Shown piece by piece: positions 1 to 7,116 of a stretch of 64,000 bases of DNA. A model generated the notes under the pieces. It was not told the DNA's origin, ran no database searches, and was given only the letters and a program-made list of their open reading frames with translations. This DNA comes from Nitrospirota bacterium (GTDB lineage Bacteria > Nitrospirota > Thermodesulfovibrionia > Thermodesulfovibrionales > JdFR-85), in contig WGER01000044.1 of assembly GCA_015492645.1 (NCBI GenBank), forward strand, positions 12,046 through 76,045, read 5' to 3'. Both the position numbers and the translations under genes were made by a program. The stretch's first letter is position 1. The number at the start of each line of letters is the position of its first letter.

Positions 1-585
1 GAGATTCTGTCCAGGGGCAGGCAGGAGGCGGCCATCAAACTTCAGACTGAGATGAAAGAGGTCCTGAGAAGACTCGCCTTCTCCCACCCTGAGTTTGTAG
101 TCCAGATAAAAGAGGCACCTCTGTCCTCCTACGGGAAGGACTCTGTTGAGTTCCTCTTTTCCGCAAACCCTGGCATCCCGCCAAGGCCACTCCAGAAGGT
201 CGCCTCAGGGGGAGAACTCTCCAGGGTGATGCTGGGACTGAAGTCGGTCCTGTCGGCCTATGACAGTGTACCCATAATGGTCTTTGATGAGGTGGATGCC
301 GGGATAGGCGGCAGGACAGCAGAGGCGGTCTCAGAGATGCTCTATCAGGTCTCTGAGAAACACCAGGTGATATGTATCACCCACCTGCCTCAGATCGCTG
401 CAAAGGCGAGACATCATCTGGTTGTCGAAAAAAAACAGGACAGAGACAGGGTTAAAGTAACCCTCAGGGTCCTCTCTCAGAAGGACAGACTCAGGGAGAT
501 TGCCCGGATGCTCAGTGGCACGGTCACGGAGACCTCCCTTGTACACGCCAAAGAACTCCTCTCAGGGGCTCAGGTCAAGAAATAG
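1..585 (+). CDS. recN: DNA repair protein RecN, C-terminal part (5' end lies outside the window)
   Basis: The reading frame is open from base 1. It carries the SMC/ABC signature GGELSRVMLGLK and the Walker B-like VFDEVDAGIGG, typical of the RecN C-terminus. Confidence 0.85.
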   Translation, partial: EILSRGRQEAAIKLQTEMKEVLRRLAFSHPEFVVQIKEAPLSSYGKDSVEFLFSANPGIPPRPLQKVASGGELSRVMLGLKSVLSAYDSVPIMVFDEVDAGIGGRTAEAVSEMLYQVSEKHQVICITHLPQIAAKARHHLVVEKKQDRDRVKVTLRVLSQKDRLREIARMLSGTVTETSLVHAKELLSGAQVKK

Positions 586-2214
586 ATGCTCAATAGGAGA
601 CTCCTCCGGAAGGTAGACCTCCTCCTGAAGAAAGAAAGAGGGACGGTATACAAGGACCCTGGAGGCAGACTCAACATCTGTCTCTGCTACCCCAATACCT
701 ATCATGTGGGGATGTCAAGCCTCGCCTTTCAGGGGCTTTACGGAATGCTCAACCGTAGGGCGGATGTCTTCTGCGAGAGGGCATTCCTGCCTGATGAAGA
801 GGATATAAAGGAGTATGAGAGGACTTCGACCCCCCTCTTCAGCCTTGAAACAAAGAGACCCCTCAACAGGTTCCACCTTATCGCCTTCAGTGTCTCTTTC
901 GAGAATGACTACCCCAACATAGTGAAGATGCTGCAACTGGCACGGATACCCCCCCTGAGCAGGGAAAGGACTAATAAGGACCCTCTGCTCCTCCTCGGTG
1001 GCATATGTGCCACCTTCAACCCTGAACCACTTGCAGAGATATTTGATCTCGTCTTCCTCGGGGAGGCAGAGGGCGGTATAGAGCCCTTCCTGGAACTCTG
1101 CGGGCGTGTTGCCATGAAGGAGAAACTCCTTGAAAAGGCAACCCGATTGAGGGGCCTTTATGTGCCTTCTTTCTACTCAGTCAGTTATGACAAACAGGGC
1201 AGGATAAAGGAGAGAACCGCTCTCTATGAGGGGACACAAGACAGGATAGAGGTTGTAAGGGCCGATACCCTGGACGGCACGATAAGACATACCATACTCA
1301 CCCCTGAGACTGAATTCTCTGATATGGTCCTTGTAGAGGCGATGAGGGGGTGTCCCTGGAGTTGCAGGTTCTGTCTTGTTGGACACATCTACAGACCAGT
1401 ACGACATAAGCCCCTTGAGATTGTGATGAAGGAGAGGGGAGTCCACCAGAGGATCGGTCTTGTGGGTCCGTCTCTGTCAGATTACAGATACATAAGAGAG
1501 ACTTTACAGGAGGGGATGGAGACCTCCATCACCTCTGTAAGGGCCTCAAAGAGGACCCTCTCGTTGCTCGGTTACCTGAAGGGTAGAAGGAGCATCTCTA
1601 TAGCCCCTGAGACAGGCTCAGAGAGGCTCCGGAGGATGATAAATAAAAGGATCAGTGAAGAGGAGATCATTCAAGTGGCAGAGGAGGCATTCAAACTCGG
1701 GATTGAAAGCCTGAGGGTCTACATGATGGTGGGGCTGCCCACTGAGAAAGTGGAAGACCTGGATGCATCAGTCCGGCTGATAAAAAAGATAAGAGGGCTG
1801 TCAAGGAGAGGCACAGTGGTCGTCTCTGTAAGCCCCTTTGTCCCGAAGCCCTTCACCCCCTTTCAATGGGTGGGGATGCAGAGGGAGGAGGTTCTCAAGC
1901 AGAACCTCCGATATCTGAAAAAGACTCTCTCCGCAGAGAAAGGTATCAGGGTATTCCACGAGGTGGTCAAGTACAGTCTCCTGCAGGGGCTCCTCTGTCG
2001 TGGAGACAGACGGCTTACTGACTTCCTTCTGAGGATGAACCCGGGCAATTGGAAAAAGGACCTGCAAGCCACAGGGGTCAGCGAGGAGTTTTACCTCTAC
2101 AGGACGAGACCCTTTGAGGAACCCCTCCCCTGGGACTTTATTGATGCGGGCATCAGGAAGGAGACCCTCTGGCAGGAGTACATGAGGGCGATGGAGGAGG
2201 CCAAGGATATCTGA
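586..2214 (+). CDS. Radical SAM protein (TIGR03960-like family)
   Basis: CPWSCRFC (CxxxCxxC) cluster motif. The N-terminal YPNTYHVGMSSLAFQGLYGMLN resembles the TIGR03960 radical SAM family. The ATG directly follows the recN stop. Confidence 0.75.
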   Translation: MLNRRLLRKVDLLLKKERGTVYKDPGGRLNICLCYPNTYHVGMSSLAFQGLYGMLNRRADVFCERAFLPDEEDIKEYERTSTPLFSLETKRPLNRFHLIAFSVSFENDYPNIVKMLQLARIPPLSRERTNKDPLLLLGGICATFNPEPLAEIFDLVFLGEAEGGIEPFLELCGRVAMKEKLLEKATRLRGLYVPSFYSVSYDKQGRIKERTALYEGTQDRIEVVRADTLDGTIRHTILTPETEFSDMVLVEAMRGCPWSCRFCLVGHIYRPVRHKPLEIVMKERGVHQRIGLVGPSLSDYRYIRETLQEGMETSITSVRASKRTLSLLGYLKGRRSISIAPETGSERLRRMINKRISEEEIIQVAEEAFKLGIESLRVYMMVGLPTEKVEDLDASVRLIKKIRGLSRRGTVVVSVSPFVPKPFTPFQWVGMQREEVLKQNLRYLKKTLSAEKGIRVFHEVVKYSLLQGLLCRGDRRLTDFLLRMNPGNWKKDLQATGVSEEFYLYRTRPFEEPLPWDFIDAGIRKETLWQEYMRAMEEAKDI

Positions 2215-2242
2215 GCCTGAATTACCATTTGAGAGGATCAGA

Positions 2243-2300
2243 TTTGCGGCAGGAACCACGCCCTACAAATCTCGATTTTGTGGGGGCCCCCTGCCGCAAA
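2243..2300. repeat. 58-nt extended hairpin / inverted repeat after the radical SAM gene
   Basis: TTTGCGGCAGG (2243-2253) is perfectly complementary to CCTGCCGCAAA (2290-2300). There is a nested inner stem, AAATC-tc-GATTT. No U-tract follows on either strand. Confidence 0.5.
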
Positions 2301-2340
2301 AACAATTCATTTCTATCGGCAAATTCGGGTAATGGGGCGT

Positions 2341-2370
2341 TTGACATTGTAAGAGACCAGAGGATAGAAT
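2341..2370 (+). promoter_or_regulatory. Candidate sigma-70 promoter (TTGACA-18 nt-TAGAAT)
   Basis: TTGACA at 2341-2346 and TAGAAT at 2365-2370, about 95 nt upstream of the 2466 ATG. Confidence 0.4.
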
Positions 2371-2465
2371 AGTCTGTATCCTGAAGAGTCTGGTTTATTT
2401 TTCGAGATTCCGTAGGGCCTTGGTGCAAGGCACAAAAATCAGTTCAGAGAAGGAGGACTATCTGT

Positions 2466-3254
2466 ATGAAGGTACTGTATGAGTTTATCCCCAAGGCAAA
2501 CTTTCTTGAACTGGCAGGAGAGATTATGGACCTTCTGGATGGCTGGAACATTACAGACAGTGCCAGCGGAATCCCTGCACCTTCTGCGGCAGCAGTGGCA
2601 TGCACTCTCAAGACAAAGTATCCTGACAAGATTGCACTCCCGATGCTTATTACTAATTACAAGGGGCCAGTGGAAATTGCAGCAGCAGCAAAGGCCTGTG
2701 AGGCAGTCGGAATAGACGGTATGGTCCCTGACCCGGGGGATGCCCCGAGATACGGTTATGCCATAAAGACCAACAGAGACGGAAGTTGCGAACTCCTTAC
2801 AGACCCGGATGAATTTGAAAAATACAGACGATCCACAGGGCCTGCAGAAAATGTAAGAGACTTCCTCAGAGAGGTGGCAAAGGTAACCAACCTGAAACTC
2901 GGTTGTCTTGTAACCGCCCGCAGGCCTGCAGCAGATGCCATTGCCAGAATAAAAGAGCCCTGGGATTTCGCCTTTTTCCTGAGGCTTGACGAAGAATCCC
3001 TGCACAAGTTGAAAGAGGTTGCTTCAGAGTGCAAAAACCTGGGCAAACCCATTTATCCATATTTTGTGGTCGAGACACCGAAAAACAAAAAGATTTTAGA
3101 AAGGATTGGATGGACCTCCACTGCAACCATGGAAAATGCCCTGGAGTTTGCAAAGAAACTTGAAGGGATTGTGGATGGCATAATCGCCACATGCCTTGGA
3201 GACTTAGAAGGGGACAAGGAGTTGCTGAAGGTCTTGCAGGAAGTAAGGGGTTAA
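2466..3254 (+). CDS. Hypothetical protein, possibly a MetF/MTHFR-like TIM-barrel fold (weak)
   Basis: Strong RBS (AGAAGGAGGA) 8 nt before the ATG. YEFIPK, ITDSASG and GIDGMVPDPGDAP are reminiscent of methylenetetrahydrofolate reductase motifs. The product call is tentative. Confidence 0.5.
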   Translation: MKVLYEFIPKANFLELAGEIMDLLDGWNITDSASGIPAPSAAAVACTLKTKYPDKIALPMLITNYKGPVEIAAAAKACEAVGIDGMVPDPGDAPRYGYAIKTNRDGSCELLTDPDEFEKYRRSTGPAENVRDFLREVAKVTNLKLGCLVTARRPAADAIARIKEPWDFAFFLRLDEESLHKLKEVASECKNLGKPIYPYFVVETPKNKKILERIGWTSTATMENALEFAKKLEGIVDGIIATCLGDLEGDKELLKVLQEVRG

Positions 3255-3268
3255 TTTAAAAACATATG

Positions 3269-3297
3269 GATGGGCAGGGACTCGGTCCCTGCCCATC
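3269..3297 (-). terminator. Intrinsic terminator between convergent genes (mainly for the hao-like gene)
   Basis: 13-bp perfect stem GATGGGCAGGGAC-tcg-GTCCCTGCCCATC. On the minus strand it is followed by UAUGUUUUUAAA. Confidence 0.6.
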
Positions 3298-3327
3298 TCA
3301 ATCTCCACTACATCAGGATTTAAACGA

Positions 3328-4728
3328 TCACTTCACCTCGATCTTCTTCCAGTTCACACCGAGGGCCTTCATCTTCTTTCTCATCTCAAGATCATTGATC
3401 ATCGTTCCCAGTTTGTTCATGATCGCATCAACTGCCCCATTCCACTGTGTCCAGTCAGGCCCCATCATGCTGGCTCCCATCCTCCACCTTCTTCCATCGT
3501 GATGCCATATGAGATAGTGCATGATCTCCGGTGTCTCATCAAGGGGATTGTCCTTGCTAATAAGACCCTCCTTGTATGCCTGTTTCAGGAGATTGTCTGT
3601 GTACTCCCAGAGTTTATTGTAGTCCTCAACAACCTTATCAAACTCAACGAAGTAGTTGTCTGCCCACTGACGGGAGTGGCAGACATAACAGACCTTCTTC
3701 ATCTTCTCCCTTCCGGCCTTTGCCTTCTCAGGGTCAGGAATCCTCTTTAAGACCATGTCCACCTCATCAGGCCCCTTCCACTGAGGCACCGATTTTTTGG
3801 GCTGGAGTTCCCAGTAGAGCCTTTCGCCCACATCATGGGTGGTCTCCACAACACCACCAAAGCCACTCATGTGACAGGTTGCACAGGTTGGGGCAACAAT
3901 GTCTTCAGGACCCCACTGCCCTGGAGGTGCGTCCCAGTTCCACTCTTCACCTGATGCAGCATAGATGTTACCGTGCTTTGACTCCTCGTATATCTCATAT
4001 TGTGGATGGTCCGGGCCAAGATGGCACTGTCCACATGACTCTGGCTTACGGGCCTCTGCTACACTGAAGGTATGCCTCGGATGGCAGTAGGTGCAGGAAC
4101 CAAGACTCCCGTCAGGGTTTATCCGACCCACACCTGCGTTAGGCCATCCCTTCAATTTTCCTCCTGGCTCTGCAATAATGAAACTCCCGTGACACTCAAT
4201 GCAACCGAGGTTGACATTGTTGTGATTGTAACTCTTATCATTCAGAAGCCCGATCCTGGCAAGGATACCGCTGTCAGGAAACAGCGGAGTAAGGGCCCTC
4301 TTCGCCATCTCCTCTGGGTTCAGTTTCCTGGCGGTCTCCTGACTCGTTGGGTCAAGTCCCATCTTTTTTGCCTTTATGTAGTATGGCTTCAGAGGCCCCA
4401 TAAAGGCACCCCAGGCATGCTTTGACCTTGAGTTTTCTGCCACCTCTTTTGGATGACAGGACTCACAGTACCTCGGTGACGGAACTGCCGTGATCTGAAA
4501 GCCATTGTGATCGTAACCCGAGGGGTCACCCTCTTTCGCCTTATGACAGACATAACACTTTACCCCAACCTTGCTGTGTTTGGACTCCTTCCACTGTTTG
4601 ATAATCCCGGGAGTCACGGTGTCGTGACAACTGAGACAGGGGTCAATATCTAACGATGAGGCAGATACAAGAGAAACCACCCCAACTGTGAGACAAAGGA
4701 CCACACCCAGTATCCACCATCGTTTCAT
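3328..4728 (-). CDS. Octahaem cytochrome c, hydroxylamine oxidoreductase (HAO/epsilon-Hao-like) family, secreted
   Basis: Signal peptide, then eight CxxCH motifs (CLSCH, CYVCH, CESCH, CIECH, CTYCH, CGQCH, CATCH, CYVCH). The C-terminal CHSRQWADNYF...WHHDGRRWRMGASMMGPDW is typical of the HAO family. AGGAGG RBS. Confidence 0.75.
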   Translation of the reverse strand: MKRWWILGVVLCLTVGVVSLVSASSLDIDPCLSCHDTVTPGIIKQWKESKHSKVGVKCYVCHKAKEGDPSGYDHNGFQITAVPSPRYCESCHPKEVAENSRSKHAWGAFMGPLKPYYIKAKKMGLDPTSQETARKLNPEEMAKRALTPLFPDSGILARIGLLNDKSYNHNNVNLGCIECHGSFIIAEPGGKLKGWPNAGVGRINPDGSLGSCTYCHPRHTFSVAEARKPESCGQCHLGPDHPQYEIYEESKHGNIYAASGEEWNWDAPPGQWGPEDIVAPTCATCHMSGFGGVVETTHDVGERLYWELQPKKSVPQWKGPDEVDMVLKRIPDPEKAKAGREKMKKVCYVCHSRQWADNYFVEFDKVVEDYNKLWEYTDNLLKQAYKEGLISKDNPLDETPEIMHYLIWHHDGRRWRMGASMMGPDWTQWNGAVDAIMNKLGTMINDLEMRKKMKALGVNWKKIEVK

Positions 4729-4772
4729 AACAGACCTCCTTTAAAAAGGTTTTTCTCTGGCCGTAAAACGGC

Positions 4773-5000
4773 CTACTCCCAGTTCAGATAGACCAGTTCA
4801 AACCCTATCACCTCCTCCCATTGGTTTATCTCCTCAGAGAGTTCCTTGAGTTTTTCCACAGATGGCGCCTCGATCACGATAGCCACTCCCTTGGGACCTG
4901 TATCCTTCACAGTCACCTCCCTGATCGAGGCCAGTTTCTCCCTGACCGTATCCTCATATTCCCTCTTTACAGGTATGACCACCGCACCAGCAATTGGCAT
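4773..5000 (-). CDS. napD: NapD-like chaperone for NapA
   Basis: Small protein with a NapD-like pattern (IAGAVV...GVAIVIEAPS...ELVYL). The ATG at 5000 has AAGGAGG 5 nt upstream; the ORF-track start at 5021 has a poorer RBS spacing. Confidence 0.65.
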   Translation of the reverse strand: MPIAGAVVIPVKREYEDTVREKLASIREVTVKDTGPKGVAIVIEAPSVEKLKELSEEINQWEEVIGFELVYLNWE

Positions 5001-5084
5001 CCTTGCCTCCTTTTTCTTCATTATTTAATACAGCCTCCTATAAGACTACATCTCTAAACCTATTTCTGCAGATGGACATTCTCA

Positions 5085-5960
5085 TCAGCTACCTTTATAG
5101 CCCAGTGTATACTTTATAGCCCCTGTGGGGCAGTGATCCCTACAGAGGCCACAGTTATCACATTTGGTCCAGTCAAATCCTCCTTCCTCTGCCAGTCTCA
5201 TCGGTTCAAGAAAGTAGGGACAGACCTCATTACACTTCTGACAGAGGGTACAGGCATCCCTGTCCATAGAGATCCTAAGAATCCTCAAGCGACCCATCTC
5301 TGATAGTGCACCTCCAGAGGGGCAGATGCTTCCACACCATGTCCTCTTGGTGAAGAAGGTCTCATAAAGGAGAATAGCCACAAGAAGCCCTGTACCACTG
5401 ATAGACAGACTGTGGTGAGTAAAAAGATATATCAATTCCCTCCCAAGGACATGAGGGGGATCAAAGAGGGAGATCACAGGCACTGAGAGAACAACTCCAA
5501 GGATTAGCAACAACACAAGAAACGTGAGTCTCAGATCCCTAACATACAGGTCCCTCTGCAGGCCGACCTTCTTCATAAGTCCATTTGTCTTTTGATTCAG
5601 TTCGAAAATGAATCCTGCAGGACAGATAAAACTGCAGAAGACCCTTCCAAAAATCACTGTAAGTAGAAGGGGAATAGCAACTGCCACAAGTGCTGGCACA
5701 TAAATCACCTTTGCTGAAAGGACCTCTTCAATAAACGCCACAGGATGCAGAAGACTGAAATTCGAGATCCTGAAGGCCCAGGTATCACCACTTACTGGCA
5801 TCACAGTGGGTGGTGGTAGATGTCCCTGCACAAGTCTTGAAGGGGACCAATCGTAGGGATTCATGCTCAGCAGAGGCACAACCACAATAACTGCCAGTGT
5901 AATCACCTGACTGAATCTCCTCAGATACAGTATCTTAAATCCATGAGGTCTACCTCTCAT
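5085..5960 (-). CDS. napH: NapH, membrane quinol dehydrogenase ferredoxin subunit
   Basis: Polytopic protein with two CX3CP motifs (CSFICPAG, CGSICPSG) and two C-terminal 4Fe-4S motifs (CTLCQKCNEVCP, CDNCGLCRDHCP). ATGA overlap with napG. Confidence 0.85.
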   Translation of the reverse strand: MRGRPHGFKILYLRRFSQVITLAVIVVVPLLSMNPYDWSPSRLVQGHLPPPTVMPVSGDTWAFRISNFSLLHPVAFIEEVLSAKVIYVPALVAVAIPLLLTVIFGRVFCSFICPAGFIFELNQKTNGLMKKVGLQRDLYVRDLRLTFLVLLLILGVVLSVPVISLFDPPHVLGRELIYLFTHHSLSISGTGLLVAILLYETFFTKRTWCGSICPSGGALSEMGRLRILRISMDRDACTLCQKCNEVCPYFLEPMRLAEEGGFDWTKCDNCGLCRDHCPTGAIKYTLGYKGS

Positions 5961-6688
5961 GGTCTTACGGTCACCCTTATAGCCGGTAGTTTTACCCCTG
6001 GCCCTGCTCTGCCGACAAGATTTCTCACCATTGCAGCATACCTCGCCTCAAAGAGGCTCAATTTGTGGGAGCGTTCCATTACCTCACTGGCCACATGTTC
6101 CTTCACAGGACAGACATAGTTACACATTCCACAGCCAATACAGTGTCTTGGGTCAACCCATGGCCTTATGCCGGTAGATTCAGAAAAGATCATATCAGGA
6201 GGAAAGTCCCTGAGCGCACGGTCCTTGAGGGGGCAGTTGTAGTAGCACTCACCACAGGAGTCATACTGCCATGCCAGACAGAGGTCGCGATTCAGGACAG
6301 AAATGCCTATCTTCATGTCTTCAGGTACATTTGCAAGAACATCCTTCGTGTTTTTTATCTTTCTGATGGCCCCGGTTGGACATACCTCACCGCATCGGAG
6401 AAACTCACTGATGGGTCTGTCAATACCATCAGGCCCCCTCTGCTGACAGAGATAACAGGGGGTTCTTAAAGGATCGATATAGGGAGAATGGGCCATCCCA
6501 CCAGAGGTGATATCCATAGCCCTCAGGGTGTCATAGGGACATGCCTCTATACACTGACCACAACGAATACAACGGGCCAGAAAATCCCTTCTCGCACCCG
6601 GGGGTCTGAGCACCGGACCAGAAAACCCCAACGGCAAAAACCCCGTCAGAAACAGTCCACCAGCAATCAGGAAATCTCTCCTTGTCAT
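5957..6688 (-). CDS. napG: NapG, periplasmic 4x[4Fe-4S] ferredoxin with Tat signal
   Basis: MTRRDFL twin-arginine signal and multiple CxxCxxCxxxCP motifs. I chose the ATG at 6688, which overlaps the upstream stop as TGATG, rather than the ORF-track start at 6778. Confidence 0.85.
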   Translation of the reverse strand: MTRRDFLIAGGLFLTGFLPLGFSGPVLRPPGARRDFLARCIRCGQCIEACPYDTLRAMDITSGGMAHSPYIDPLRTPCYLCQQRGPDGIDRPISEFLRCGEVCPTGAIRKIKNTKDVLANVPEDMKIGISVLNRDLCLAWQYDSCGECYYNCPLKDRALRDFPPDMIFSESTGIRPWVDPRHCIGCGMCNYVCPVKEHVASEVMERSHKLSLFEARYAAMVRNLVGRAGPGVKLPAIRVTVRP

Positions 6689-7116
6689 CACCGCCTCTCC
6701 CTCTCTATCACAGCCACCTCGAATCTCCTGCCCTTTATCTGGTAGGGGCTTACCACTGTCCCCTTCACCACCACCCACCTGCCTTCCTCAGGCATGTAGC
6801 CCCTGGTTATTACCCATATCTCACCAGTGGGATCCTTCAGTCTATACGGCTGTTCATCCACATACTCAAAGGCGAGCCCAGGGATAGCGGTCCCCTCAAT
6901 CGTGACATCTCTACCATCAAAACTCTCTGGTGAACCGAGTATATCTGCTATCCTGGTGGTTGCTTCAGTGCTCTGTCCCGTCTCCTTTTTTTCTCCCACC
7001 ACCTCTTCTCTCTCAGTACAACCTACAAGTGTCAGTAAAAGCAGCAGGACCCCCAGTATCTCTACCAGGGGTCTCCTCTGGTGAATCTCTAAACCTTCAC
7101 AAGTTTTACTGCGCAT
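6688..7116 (-). CDS. Lipoprotein with OB-fold-like (BOF/YgiW-like) domain, uncharacterised nap-cluster member
   Basis: Lipobox LTLVGC. FDGRDVTIEGTA...YRLKDPTGEIWV...GRWVVVKGTV resembles bacterial OB-fold periplasmic proteins. The gene is embedded between napA and napG with overlaps at both ends. Confidence 0.55.
   Translation of the reverse strand: MRSKTCEGLEIHQRRPLVEILGVLLLLLTLVGCTEREEVVGEKKETGQSTEATTRIADILGSPESFDGRDVTIEGTAIPGLAFEYVDEQPYRLKDPTGEIWVITRGYMPEEGRWVVVKGTVVSPYQIKGRRFEVAVIERERR

Noticed and set aside
2222-2428. 68-aa minus-strand ORF in the recN-side intergenic gap.
   Set aside because: It spans the hairpin and the candidate promoter. It has no SD and no similarity I recognise, so it is probably non-coding.
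2439-3005. 188-aa minus-strand ORF overlapping the 2466-3254 gene.
   Set aside because: The translation is Cys-rich and implausible, with no RBS. The plus-strand frame has a strong AGGAGG RBS and a globular-looking sequence.
6689-6778. N-terminal extensions given by the ORF track. Examples: NapG from 6778, CDF from 15816, PilZ from 22669, FliG from 37056, FliI from 38603, FlgD from 42209, FliN from 47343, FliQ from 48590, FlhB from 49639, FlhG from 53789.
   Set aside because: The extensions begin at TTG/GTG or upstream ATG codons inside the preceding gene. Internal ATGs with an SD and stop-start overlaps give family-typical N-termini (Tat signal, MAEFEERTEQPT, etc.).
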